From: Chloroflexota bacterium | Lineage (GTDB): Bacteria; Chloroflexota; UBA11872; VXOZ01 | Direction: 5' to 3' | Assembly (NCBI GenBank): GCA_964291655.2 | Contig: OZ219801.1 | Span: 576,001-640,000, forward strand | Length of the DNA stretch: 64,000 nucleotides | Part shown: positions 49,782-59,040 of the stretch, one piece after another | Layout of the letters: the number at the start of each line of letters is the position of its first letter | Position numbering within the stretch: position 1 is the stretch's first letter | Notes under the pieces: model-generated | Seen by the model: the letters and a program-made list of their open reading frames with translations, nothing else | What the model was told of the DNA's origin: nothing | Databases searched by the model: none | Position numbers and translations under genes: made by a program

Positions 49782-50426
49782 ATGCCCATGCGATGCCCGC
49801 AGTGCGCCAAGCATGATACCCGAGTGGTTGACAGTCGACCGGAAGAAATGAGCATTCGCCGCCGTCGTGAGTGCGGGAATTGCGGTCACAGGTACACCAC
49901 GTATGAGCGTTTGGAAGTGCTGGCTTGCCCGCACTGTGAATCTATCGAATCCCGCGTCGCCACATATCAACTGCTCAGGGCCGGTGCGCGGCGCTTCCGC
50001 GAGTGCCTGCGCTGCGGGAGAGAGTTCACAACCACCGAGCGGGTGGATCCCGTGCCGTTGACGGTGGTGAAACGTGACGGGCGGCGGGAAGAGTTTAACC
50101 GTGGGAAGCTGCGCGACAAATTAAGCACGGCGTGTTGGAAGCGCCCGGTGAGTTCGGAGCACATCGGACAGATTGTGGACCGCATCGAGCGCGACTTGCT
50201 TGAACTAGGTGAGCCTGAGGTTGAGTCTACGGTCATTGGCGATAAAGTGATGCAGCGCCTGCGCGTCCTCGATGAGGTTGCCTACGTGCGGTTCGCCTCA
50301 GTCTACCGCCACTTTGAAGACATCGACAGCATTGCTGAAGAGATAGCCGAATACCAAGAGTGGAAGCGCAGCCGCGCCCAGCCCGACCAGATTGCTCTCC
50401 TGCCGGAAGAGTCTCCGGTCTCCTAA
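49782..50426 (+). CDS. nrdR: Transcriptional repressor NrdR with duplicated zinc-ribbon domain
   Basis: CPQC..TRVVDSR..IRRRRECGNC..RYTTYER, a second CPHC..SRV..RRFRECLRC..FTTTER, then the ATP-cone VVKRDGRREEF...DEVAYVRFASVYR. Confidence 0.95.
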   Translation: MPMRCPQCAKHDTRVVDSRPEEMSIRRRRECGNCGHRYTTYERLEVLACPHCESIESRVATYQLLRAGARRFRECLRCGREFTTTERVDPVPLTVVKRDGRREEFNRGKLRDKLSTACWKRPVSSEHIGQIVDRIERDLLELGEPEVESTVIGDKVMQRLRVLDEVAYVRFASVYRHFEDIDSIAEEIAEYQEWKRSRAQPDQIALLPEESPVS

Positions 50427-50547
50427 AGAATACTGGCTCGCACTTAGAGATTTGAGGCTAGTGGCGCTGCCCGGCGTTCAGCGGAGGCTGGTCTCTGCAA
50501 ACCCTCCCAACCACATAGCGTAGCTCTCGAGCGAGTTTCCTTCCCGC

Positions 50548-50955
50548 ATGCGCAATTTCCTGTTCTTCTGGGCGCCTCCACTACTCTGGATGGCCCTCAT
50601 CTACTACGGCTCCGCCCAACCTACACTGCCGTCGCTCTCGCATAGTCTGTTGGACCAACTCATAAAATACGGCGCTCACTTTGTTGAATATGCCGTGCTG
50701 GCCCTGCTCTGGTATCGGGCGATTTACTCCCGTTTCTCCCACCCCATCATCCAGCCTTTGGCATTCGTCATTGTCGCCATCTACGCCCTGAGCGATGAGT
50801 TTCACCAGTCCTTTGTGCCGGGGAGAAGCGCCACGTGGCAGGACGTGGCGGTCGACCTACTCGGCGGCGCGTGCGCGCTTCTACTTTGGAATGCCGTGCA
50901 TCATTGGTGGAACCGCATCAGGATTTCGCAGAAAGAAGATCGACAAGAACTCTAG
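50548..50955 (+). CDS. VanZ family membrane protein
   Basis: WMALIYYGSAQ, AHFVEYAVL and YA.SDEFHQSFVPGR....D...D. Confidence 0.92.
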   Translation: MRNFLFFWAPPLLWMALIYYGSAQPTLPSLSHSLLDQLIKYGAHFVEYAVLALLWYRAIYSRFSHPIIQPLAFVIVAIYALSDEFHQSFVPGRSATWQDVAVDLLGGACALLLWNAVHHWWNRIRISQKEDRQEL

Positions 50956-50968
50956 GCCGGCCTCCCGC

Positions 50969-52363
50969 TCACTTGCCAATGCAGAACTCGCCAAAGATAC
51001 GGTCGAGCAGGTCCTCTGACGCGCTCTCGCCCGTTAGCTCGCCCAGCGCATTGAGTGCCGCGCGTAATCCGATGCAGACAAAGTCTTCCGGGAGGCCGTC
51101 TGCTGCCGCGCAACGCGCCTCCTCAAGCGTAGCTTGCGCTTCCAGCAGTACCGCCTGGTGGCGGGCCGAGGTGATAATGGCGCTTTCCGTCTGCAGCCCT
51201 TCTTGCAGCAAATTCCGGCCAATTTCAGCCCGCAGTGCGTCGAGGCCGTCGCTGGAAACTGCGGAAGTCAGCACAATCGAGCAGCCTGGCAGCAGGTCCA
51301 TCACGTCCCTGGGAAACAGTACCTGCGGTTTGTCGGCCTTGTTCAATGCAATAATCGCCTGCCGCTCGGGGTCTCCCTCCTGAGCATCCTTGACATCCGC
51401 GATTACCCTAAGGTCGGTAGGTTGGAGCGGCATGCTGCTATCCAAGACCACGATGATCAGGCGGGCCGCCGCCAACGACGCGCGGCTCCGTGCCACACCA
51501 ATCTGCTCTACCACGTCCTGCGTCTCCGCAATGCCCGCGGTGTCGGCCAGCAGCAGCGGTATGCCGTCTACGTCAACGGTTTCCTCGAGCACGTCGCGTG
51601 TTGTGCCGGGAATATCCGTCACAATGGCGCGGTCTGCCGACAAGAACGCATTCAGCAAGCTCGACTTACCGACATTGGGGCGACCTACCAGTACGGCGGG
51701 CACGCCATCACGTACCACGGCGCCGCTGGGAGCGGTGGCAAGCAGTTGGCTCAAGCCGGAAAGCATGTGTGCTACGGACGCTACCACCTCGTGGGAGGGG
51801 ACCGCCGGCACGTCGTCCTCACTGAAGTCGATGTTCGCTTCCAGGCGTGCGAGCAAGCCGAGCACCTGCTGGCGCAACTCCTGCACCTGACGCGACAAAC
51901 GGCCTTCCAGTTGGTCGAGCGCAAATGAGAGTCCCTTGCCCGTGCGTGCTCGCACCACGTCCATGACCGCCTCGGCCTGCGCCAGATCGAGTTTGCCGTT
52001 GAGAAACGCGCGGAGCGTATATTCGCCCGGTTGAGCCAAACGCGCGCCGTGATCCAAGAGCAATCCAAGCGTCCGCCGCAGTACCGCCGGGCTGCCGTGG
52101 CAAGAAAATTCGAATACATCCTCGCCCGTGTACGAGTGCGGCCCACGCATGTAGGTGCAGAGGGCCTGGTCCACGCGCTCGTCACGTGACGAATCAAACA
52201 CCAGCCCGACATACGACCGGTGGCTCTGCCAATTGCCGGGTTTCTGCCGCCGAAAGCAGCGCCTGCCAATCGCCAAGGCTTCGCTGCCGCTCAAGCGGAC
52301 GATCCCGATGGCGCCCTCTCCCGGCGGCGTACCTACAGCGGCGATGGTGTCCTCAAGGTTCAC
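50969..52363 (-). CDS. mnmE: tRNA modification GTPase MnmE
   Basis: DTIAA..TP.G.GAIGIVRLSG, SYTGED, GRPNVGKSSL, IPGTTRD, DTAG, NKAD and FCIGK terminus. Confidence 0.98.
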   Translation of the reverse strand: MNLEDTIAAVGTPPGEGAIGIVRLSGSEALAIGRRCFRRQKPGNWQSHRSYVGLVFDSSRDERVDQALCTYMRGPHSYTGEDVFEFSCHGSPAVLRRTLGLLLDHGARLAQPGEYTLRAFLNGKLDLAQAEAVMDVVRARTGKGLSFALDQLEGRLSRQVQELRQQVLGLLARLEANIDFSEDDVPAVPSHEVVASVAHMLSGLSQLLATAPSGAVVRDGVPAVLVGRPNVGKSSLLNAFLSADRAIVTDIPGTTRDVLEETVDVDGIPLLLADTAGIAETQDVVEQIGVARSRASLAAARLIIVVLDSSMPLQPTDLRVIADVKDAQEGDPERQAIIALNKADKPQVLFPRDVMDLLPGCSIVLTSAVSSDGLDALRAEIGRNLLQEGLQTESAIITSARHQAVLLEAQATLEEARCAAADGLPEDFVCIGLRAALNALGELTGESASEDLLDRIFGEFCIGK

Positions 52364-52534
52364 AAGTGCGACTTTCTATCTTGATACTCCCACACACACA
52401 CAACGAACGCCTGCACTACCGATAAACACAGTCCATGTGATATCGTCGCAATGCGTCCGCTCCCGGAATTCTCCCTGCAATACGCGACGAACTCTCCAAC
52501 TCTACCTTGAAGAAATTTCATGGATCGGTTCGCT

Positions 52535-52610
52535 AGCCAATTCGTGCTGAGCCAGCCAATTCGTGCTGAGCCAGCCAATTCGTGCTGAGCCAGCCGAAGC
52601 GTGCTGAGCC
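52535..52610 (+). repeat. 19-bp tandem repeat (agccaattcgtgctgagcc x3 plus one variant)
   Basis: Units start at 52535, 52554, 52573 and 52592, with no spacers. The unit is a fragment of the local REP family. Confidence 0.85.
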
Positions 52611-52824
52611 TGCCGAAGCGCGAGCGGAATCTTGCCTTTTCCGTTCGCCCTGAGCCTGTCGAAGGGCAGGTCTACTTAGGCAATGCACTCACAAGGTAAG
52701 CTCTGATCAGTATGGGCTCGCCCCAATGATTCGTACTCGGCTCGCTTGACTCGTACTCAGCTAATTCGTACGCAGCTCACTAGAATCGTACTCTGTTCGA
52801 TTGATTCGCACTCAGCTCGATTCT

Positions 52825-53011
52825 CCCTTTCCCGCCAAACTCACTCATCCCATTTTCAAGCTGAACCCACTCCTCCCACTTTCACCCCAAACTCACTCCT
52901 CCCATTTTCAAGCTGAACCCACTCCTCCTGTTTTCCGCTGAACTCGCTCTTCCCGCTTTCACGCTGAACCCACTCCTCCCGTTCGTGCTGAGCTTGTCGA
53001 AGTATGAACGG
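52825..53011 (+). repeat. About 51-52-bp tandem repeat x3 (26-bp subunits) ending in a REP-like palindrome
   Basis: aactcact..tcccattttcaagctgaacccactcctcc recurs near 52837, 52889 and 52940. The 33-bp ccgttcgtgctgagcttgtcgaagtatgaacgg at 52979-53011 is identical to 63088-63120. Confidence 0.8.
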
Positions 53012-53164
53012 GAGCATGCAAGATCGGCACCGGTCTCTCGAGCTTAAACCCACACAGGGGATTCCCTACACTGCTTGGCCGAATTTTCAACTCTTCTTCC
53101 CAACTGCGGTGACCAATGCCTTATGCGCACCGACCAAGGCGAAGTGGCTGGAAATGTGAGGATT

Positions 53165-53197
53165 CCCCTCACCCCGGTCCTCTCCCCAAGGAGAGGG
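53165..53197. repeat. REP-like element (ccctcacccc...ctctcccc..ggagaggg)
   Basis: Same family as copies at about 49-82, 190-517 (split), 27841 and 61875-61904. Confidence 0.75.
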
Positions 53198-53461
53198 AGG
53201 CTTTTCGCTTTCAGCCAGGGACAAAAGAAGGGGGGCTCTTCGCCTGCCGCCCGAGACATATTTAAGAGAGACTCCTCGCCTGCGGCTCGTGACATATAGG
53301 GGAGGCTTCTTGCCTGCGGCCCGGGACGTAGAGTGGTCACATTGAAAGAGAAGATAAGGATGGTCGAACGCAACTCTCTAGACCTCCCCATACCACGTTC
53401 CATAGGGACGCAGGGCTCTGAACTTCCGGTTCAAGACTGTACACACCATTGCGCGATGCTG

Positions 53462-54025
53462 TTAGTCTCCGCGGAGTGTGGGGTTGACGCCCAGTTCTTC
53501 GATCGTAAAGACATGCTGGTATGCGTACCCAGCCGCCGCTATTTCCACCGCGCCGCCCTGAAGTCGATCGACCAGAGTCCAGATGCCAGTAACACACGCA
53601 CCCGCGTCCTTCACCGCCTCCGCAGCACGCAACACCGAACCGCCCGTTGTCACCGTATCCTCTAGAATCGCCACGCGCATTCCGGGCTGCAGAGGCCCTT
53701 CCACTTGTTTGCCGGTGCCGTGCTCCTTGGCGCGACTGCGCACAATGAGCGCCGGGATTGACGTGCCAGCGGTAAAGCTGGCAACTGCAACGGCCGTCAC
53801 CACGGGGTCCGCAGCCACCGACATACCAGCCACAGCATCCGGCAAAGGTTCGCCCAGCGCCTTGAGCATCACGCGACCTGTCAGGAAAGCTCCCTCAGCC
53901 GACAACGTAACGAGGCGGCAATCAATGTAGTAGCTCGCCCGCTGACCGGAGCTCAAGATGAAGTCACCTTCTTTGATCGCTTCCTTCTGCAATAACTCAC
54001 GCAACCGCTCTCGTTCAACATCCAC
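53462..54025 (-). CDS. pyrE: Orotate phosphoribosyltransferase
   Basis: GDFILSSG..A.YYIDCR, K.HGT...VEG and ILEDTVTTGGS (PRPP motif). GTG start after AGGAAGG. Confidence 0.95.
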   Translation of the reverse strand: MDVERERLRELLQKEAIKEGDFILSSGQRASYYIDCRLVTLSAEGAFLTGRVMLKALGEPLPDAVAGMSVAADPVVTAVAVASFTAGTSIPALIVRSRAKEHGTGKQVEGPLQPGMRVAILEDTVTTGGSVLRAAEAVKDAGACVTGIWTLVDRLQGGAVEIAAAGYAYQHVFTIEELGVNPTLRGD

Positions 54026-54226
54026 GGAGATTCCCTTCCTTAGCAAGATCCTGTAACACACTTGATTTTAGCCAGCCGAAGTTGCTCTGACCAGAGCTAT
54101 GGCACTACGGTCGCAGTTACGTTCTGCAACGAGACTGCAGGCTGAAAATCAGTTACTAACCTACGTCGATCTACCCAGCAAACTGTAGCAGACTACAGTT
54201 GGATCACTTGAACGCCGGAGGCACGG

Positions 54227-54256
54227 TTGACACATCCAGACTCACCCACGGACAAT
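54227..54256 (+). promoter_or_regulatory. Candidate sigma70 promoter for the HAD-recQ-nudix run
   Basis: TTGACA - 18 bp - GACAAT; palindrome aactgtag-caga-ctacagtt at 54181-54200 just upstream. Confidence 0.4.
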
Positions 54257-54317
54257 AATAGCTATCCACGAAACTGAACCACATAGCCTATACTTGGCTC
54301 TCGCTCCGCAAGAAACT

Positions 54318-55028
54318 ATGGGACAGAACACGCTCAAGGGCATTTTCTTCGATCTAGGCGGCACCCTGGCGACGGCATATCCTTCGGTAACGGAACACAT
54401 TTCTCAGACCCTCGCCGATCTTGGACATCCCATTCCGCATCGCGAGATTGCGAGCGCGGCCGCAATAGTCTCACCGGATTTCGATGACCCCGGCAATCGA
54501 GGGTGGTCGCTATCGCATGAGCGCTCGTACGCCTTTTGGATTGGCTACTACACTGAACTCTTACAAGAACTCAAGATCTCACCTACTGAACGCGCTACTT
54601 ATGCCTTGCACATCTATAACAGACTGAGCAGACCGCAGGGTTACGCGCTCTATCCTGACGCAATTCCGGTGCTAGAGCAATTGGCGGGAGCGGGATACAC
54701 GTTAGGGCTGATTTCCAATTGGGAAGCCTGGGGCATGGAGCTAATTCCGTACCTGGGCATAAGTCGGTATTTCCCCACGCAAGTGCTTTCGGGCTGCGTC
54801 GGCCTTGAAAAGCCGGATACGGCCATCTTTACGCTCGCGCTTGCAGAGGCCAATATCGCGCCCGAACACGTACTCTACGTCGGCGACAGTGTGCGGTTCG
54901 ACATCGAGCCGGCCCTGGCGATCGGTATGCGCGCTGTCCTGATCGACCGCCATGCCGAACGCAGCGACCACGGCGCCTCGACCATCCGGTCCCTCCGCGA
55001 GCTCTCTAGTCATGAATACATGCGATGA
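54318..55028 (+). CDS. HAD family hydrolase
   Basis: FFDLGGTL, ISNW, KPD..IF and YVGDS..FD. Confidence 0.9.
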   Translation: MGQNTLKGIFFDLGGTLATAYPSVTEHISQTLADLGHPIPHREIASAAAIVSPDFDDPGNRGWSLSHERSYAFWIGYYTELLQELKISPTERATYALHIYNRLSRPQGYALYPDAIPVLEQLAGAGYTLGLISNWEAWGMELIPYLGISRYFPTQVLSGCVGLEKPDTAIFTLALAEANIAPEHVLYVGDSVRFDIEPALAIGMRAVLIDRHAERSDHGASTIRSLRELSSHEYMR

Positions 55029-55076
55029 ATGTAGGCAGACGCTCGCACCGCTGGCTGAAGGGAAGGGGGTACATCA

Positions 55077-57473
55077 ATGGCACGTGAAAGCATCGATCCT
55101 GAGCTCGCAAACGATCTTGGAACTCTGCTGGCAGCAAAATTCGGGCACAAGAGTTTTCTGCCTCTCCAGGAAGACGTCATCAAGCATGTCTTGCATGGTC
55201 ACGATTCTCTAGCATTGATGCCCACAGGCAGCGGTAAGTCATTGTGCTACCAATTGCCCGCGCTCTGTCTCGAAGGCTTAACGTTAGTCGTATCCCCGCT
55301 CATTGCGCTGATGAAAGACCAAGTTGATGCCCTGAAGAGCCGCGGCATTGCCGCCGACTTTATCAACAGCACCATGAGCGCCGCGCAAGCGCGGCGCGTG
55401 CAAGTGGACGCCTACAGGGGCCGCCTCGACATCCTGTACGTTGCTCCCGAGCGCTTGGCCATGCCGCAGTTTCGGGACTTTCTTCACGCTGTGAAACTCG
55501 CACTGATCGCCATAGATGAGGCGCACTGCATCTCCGAGTGGGGTCACGATTTCCGGCCCGATTACCGCACGCTGCAAGTGCTGCGGGATAACTTCCCTAG
55601 GGTGCCGGTGATCGCGCTCACAGCCACCGCGACGGAACGCGTGCGGCAGGACATCCTCGACCAACTACGTATGCCCGACGCCGCCCGATTCGTCGCCAGC
55701 TTCAACCGGCCCAACCTGACGTATGACGTCAGACCCAAGCGGCGGAGCTTTCCAGCGCTTGTAAAATTGCTGGACGAGCATCGCAGCGGCGCCGCCATCG
55801 TCTATCGCTTCTCCCGGCAGAATACGGAGAGCCTTGCCGCCGAGCTATGCAGTCACGGCTTTAATGCGCTGCCTTATCATGCCGGCTTGGATGACACGGT
55901 GCGCCGGGAGACCCAAGAGCGGTTCCTGGGAGATGACGTCCCGATCATTGTGGCGACAATCGCGTTCGGCATGGGCGTGGACAAGCCGAACGTGCGGTTG
56001 GTTGCACACTATGACCTGCCAAAGACCATCGAGGGGTACTACCAGGAAACCGGACGCGCCGGGCGCGACGGACAGCCAAGCGCATGCGTGCTCTTCTACT
56101 CGTACGGCGACAAGATCAACCAAGATTACTTCATTAACCAGATAGAGGATGACGCAGAACGGGAGCATGCCGCAGAAAAACTTGCCAGGATGGTAGCCTA
56201 CGGCGAAGCGAAGACCTGCCGGAGGGCATTCCTGCTGGACTACTTTGGGGAAGAGTGGCGGGAAGAGAATTGCGGTGGCTGCGACGTCTGCCTTGCCAAG
56301 ACGCGGCAAGTGGAAGCCGCACACACATTTGACGGCACTCAAATCGCGCAAAAGGTGCTGTCGGCAGTCATTCGAACAGGTGAGAGATTCGGAATGAATC
56401 ACGTCGTTGACGTCCTGCGCGGCAGCCGCTCGCGTCGGGTTCTGCAATTCCACCACGACACGCTGCCGGTCCACGGCATCGCACGGGACATGACCAAGGA
56501 AGAGTTGCAGGACATCGTCGACCAGCTCACCGAAAAAGGCCTCATCGCGCGCAGCTCGACCAGCAGCTACCCAACGCTTTACGTAACCTCAGAAGGAAGG
56601 GCCCTCCTCAAGAACCGAGAGTCTGTGACGCTCATTGGACTTCCTCCACCGAACCAATCTGCGGAGCAGCAACCCGACAAGGCCTTATTCGAAAAGCTAC
56701 GCGCCCTGCGCGCGGAATTGGCCGCTGAGTTAGCCGTGCCAGCCTACGTAGTCTTCCCCGATGTAACGCTGCGGCAGATGGCAACATATATCCCAACCGA
56801 CCGTGCGGCGCTGCTCCAGATCAAGGGTGTTGGTGAAGACAAACTGCGCCAGTTCGGTGATCGGTTCATCGTCGAAATCCGTCAACACGTAGAGGAGTGT
56901 GGCGGCGCCAATCCGCCTCCTGCCTCAGCGGGGATCACGCCCGCGAGGGCCAATTCAGACTCAGAGGAAGTCCGACATTCTCATCCCCGTGCATACGAGA
57001 AGTGGACATACGAAGAAGACGAACGGCTCACCGCTCTCTACAAAGCGGGACGCTCAACTGATGAAATTGCCTCAGAATTGGGCCGTCGACCCTCCGCCGT
57101 AGTTTCGCGGCTACGACAATCCGGCACTGCATCTGAACGCCGCGTGCACCTAAACGAAACCGAGAAGCACACTTTGCAGCTGGCACGCGCAGGACTCAAC
57201 GTCCAGGAAATCGCCGCACGGCGCGAATTGTCGCCCGGCACAGTGATTGCGCATCTAGAGCGCATCGCCGAGACGAATGAATCCCTCGACATCACACACA
57301 TGCTCCCCCCGCCCGACCGTTGCCAGCACATTGCAGACTCCTTCCGCCAGGCAGACAGCGATTATCGCCTAGCGCCGGTAAAAGAAAGACTCGGTGACGA
57401 CTATTCGTATGAGGAGTTAAGGTTGGTGCGAATGCACCTGCGCCAGCTTAAAACGACGAGAGAGCGTCCATAG
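55077..57473 (+). CDS. recQ: ATP-dependent DNA helicase RecQ (RQC, HRDC, extra HTH domains)
   Basis: PTGSGKS, DEAHCISEWGHDFRP, YYQETGRAGRDG, CRR..CGGCDVC and HRDC (LF.KLR.LR...PAYVVF). Confidence 0.97.
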   Translation: MARESIDPELANDLGTLLAAKFGHKSFLPLQEDVIKHVLHGHDSLALMPTGSGKSLCYQLPALCLEGLTLVVSPLIALMKDQVDALKSRGIAADFINSTMSAAQARRVQVDAYRGRLDILYVAPERLAMPQFRDFLHAVKLALIAIDEAHCISEWGHDFRPDYRTLQVLRDNFPRVPVIALTATATERVRQDILDQLRMPDAARFVASFNRPNLTYDVRPKRRSFPALVKLLDEHRSGAAIVYRFSRQNTESLAAELCSHGFNALPYHAGLDDTVRRETQERFLGDDVPIIVATIAFGMGVDKPNVRLVAHYDLPKTIEGYYQETGRAGRDGQPSACVLFYSYGDKINQDYFINQIEDDAEREHAAEKLARMVAYGEAKTCRRAFLLDYFGEEWREENCGGCDVCLAKTRQVEAAHTFDGTQIAQKVLSAVIRTGERFGMNHVVDVLRGSRSRRVLQFHHDTLPVHGIARDMTKEELQDIVDQLTEKGLIARSSTSSYPTLYVTSEGRALLKNRESVTLIGLPPPNQSAEQQPDKALFEKLRALRAELAAELAVPAYVVFPDVTLRQMATYIPTDRAALLQIKGVGEDKLRQFGDRFIVEIRQHVEECGGANPPPASAGITPARANSDSEEVRHSHPRAYEKWTYEEDERLTALYKAGRSTDEIASELGRRPSAVVSRLRQSGTASERRVHLNETEKHTLQLARAGLNVQEIAARRELSPGTVIAHLERIAETNESLDITHMLPPPDRCQHIADSFRQADSDYRLAPVKERLGDDYSYEELRLVRMHLRQLKTTRERP

Positions 57474-57485
57474 TGTGTAGCCCCT

Positions 57486-58079
57486 TTGGAAGTAGGAAAA
57501 ATCGTGGGTAACAGTCCAGGCGAAGACTCCGACCCGCCGCTGGGTTGGAAGGTAATTGAATCGAGAGTGGCCTACAGTGGACGCTTCCCGGTGCGGGAAG
57601 ACGTGCTAGAAGCGGAACTTGACGGCAGGCGCATGCTCTACACGTACCTGGACATTCGCCGCGATGCGGTTGCCGTCTTGGCGCTTACCGACGCTGGCGA
57701 AGCCGTGCTGGTGCGGCAATACCGCCACCCGTTGCGCAGCACCACGCTCGAGGTGCCTGCAGGCGCGCTAGATCCCGGTGAAGACCCCCCATCCGGCGCA
57801 CTGCGAGAATTGGAGGAGGAGACGGGATACCGGGCAAGAGACATTAGACCGTTAGGTCTGTATCATCCCAGCGCACCCTTGCTGCCGCTCACGATGCGTC
57901 TTTACTTCGCAACCGAACTTGACTATCATGCACCAAAGCGTGATGAGTTCGAGATCATGCAGGTTGAGCTCGTGCCCGCAAGGGAACTCTTGCAGCAAGT
58001 TCTCGACGGCAAACGCCCGGAGGCAGCACTGACGGTGAGCGTCTTATGCGCCGCCCAACGCGGCTGGCTGCCAACGTGA
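57486..58079 (+). CDS. NUDIX hydrolase (ADP-ribose pyrophosphatase-like)
   Basis: LVRQYRHP, LEVPAG and the Nudix box G.LD.GE....GALRELEEETG. Start uncertain. Confidence 0.9.
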   Translation: MEVGKIVGNSPGEDSDPPLGWKVIESRVAYSGRFPVREDVLEAELDGRRMLYTYLDIRRDAVAVLALTDAGEAVLVRQYRHPLRSTTLEVPAGALDPGEDPPSGALRELEEETGYRARDIRPLGLYHPSAPLLPLTMRLYFATELDYHAPKRDEFEIMQVELVPARELLQQVLDGKRPEAALTVSVLCAAQRGWLPT

Positions 58080-58143
58080 CGTTTGCTGGCACGTACCAGT
58101 TTTTCCGGCGAAGTCCGGAATCCAGGCCAAGAAGAAACTAACT

Positions 58144-59040
58144 ATGCGCAATGACACTGTAATCCTCGTGGGCGCGGACAATCTCGCTGAACGTGTGGAA
58201 GCGTACAAACGACTGCTGCCGCCGGATGCTATAGCGATTCTCAAGCCCGATAGCACCAGCGACAGTCGGAATACGTTTCTCGGCGTTCCCGTTGCACATG
58301 AGTGGCCGAGCCATAGCGAGGGGCTCGCGGACATTGCCGGTGACGTCACCTCAAGAGCCATAAACTTGCGCCGCGCCTTGGAAAGCGGCAGGCAGGCAAT
58401 CATCCATCCGCCTTTTGGCGACTCATATACGAATGCAGAGGCTATTCTCGCAGCAGCCGGCGGCTCCGTACGCGTCGCACTGCCGGTTCACTTTACTCAC
58501 AAGTACGAGACCGCCGCTCAGTCTGCGAAATCGGGAATCGGCGACATCATCACCGTGCGCGCCATCCGTGTATTTCCCCCTACCCAGGTGTGGCAGCAGA
58601 GCCTTTTTCACCTCATGGAATCACTCGTATTGTTGGGAGGCCCCTTGCAGAGAATCTATGCAAGAGCAGCTGCGCTGAAGTCAGCAAACACCGACACCGT
58701 ATTCTGCAACGGCCGTTATGCAAACCGTGCCATTCTTTACGGCGAGATGAGCGCCGCCTACCCCAGCAGCTACAGCAAAGAAGTAATCGAAGTCACCGGA
58801 CGCGATGGCATGGTGGAATACGACTCCAATGCCCGTAGCTTCTGGATGGCGTCCGAGGGCGGAGTGTCGCTCACGGAGGCGTACCACCGCACGCCATATG
58901 AGAAAATGGCCGCCGCCTACGTGCAGTCATGGGAAGCAGAAGAAGCGGAGCTCTCAAACCTTCCTGATGCCTTGCCTGTGCTGCGCACTTTCTGGGCAGC
59001 CATGGAGAGCATTGATAGAAATGAAGCGGTGACGATATGA
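58144..59040 (+). CDS. Divergent Gfo/Idh/MocA-like protein lacking canonical motifs
   Basis: ALESGRQAIIHPP sits where AGKHVLCEKP is expected; G.IGDI, IEVTGRDGMVEYD and AA.ES....V.I resemble the family C-terminal domain. ATGA overlap with the next gene. Confidence 0.7.
   Translation: MRNDTVILVGADNLAERVEAYKRLLPPDAIAILKPDSTSDSRNTFLGVPVAHEWPSHSEGLADIAGDVTSRAINLRRALESGRQAIIHPPFGDSYTNAEAILAAAGGSVRVALPVHFTHKYETAAQSAKSGIGDIITVRAIRVFPPTQVWQQSLFHLMESLVLLGGPLQRIYARAAALKSANTDTVFCNGRYANRAILYGEMSAAYPSSYSKEVIEVTGRDGMVEYDSNARSFWMASEGGVSLTEAYHRTPYEKMAAAYVQSWEAEEAELSNLPDALPVLRTFWAAMESIDRNEAVTI

Noticed and set aside
48869-50955. Antibiotic resistance locus (AAC(3), VanZ; also VanW at 14225)
   Set aside because: These are broad families with mostly non-resistance members. 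There is no van ligase or mobile context, so resistance cannot be inferred.
52535-52980. CRISPR array
   Set aside because: Repeats are head-to-tail without unique spacers, and no cas genes are present.
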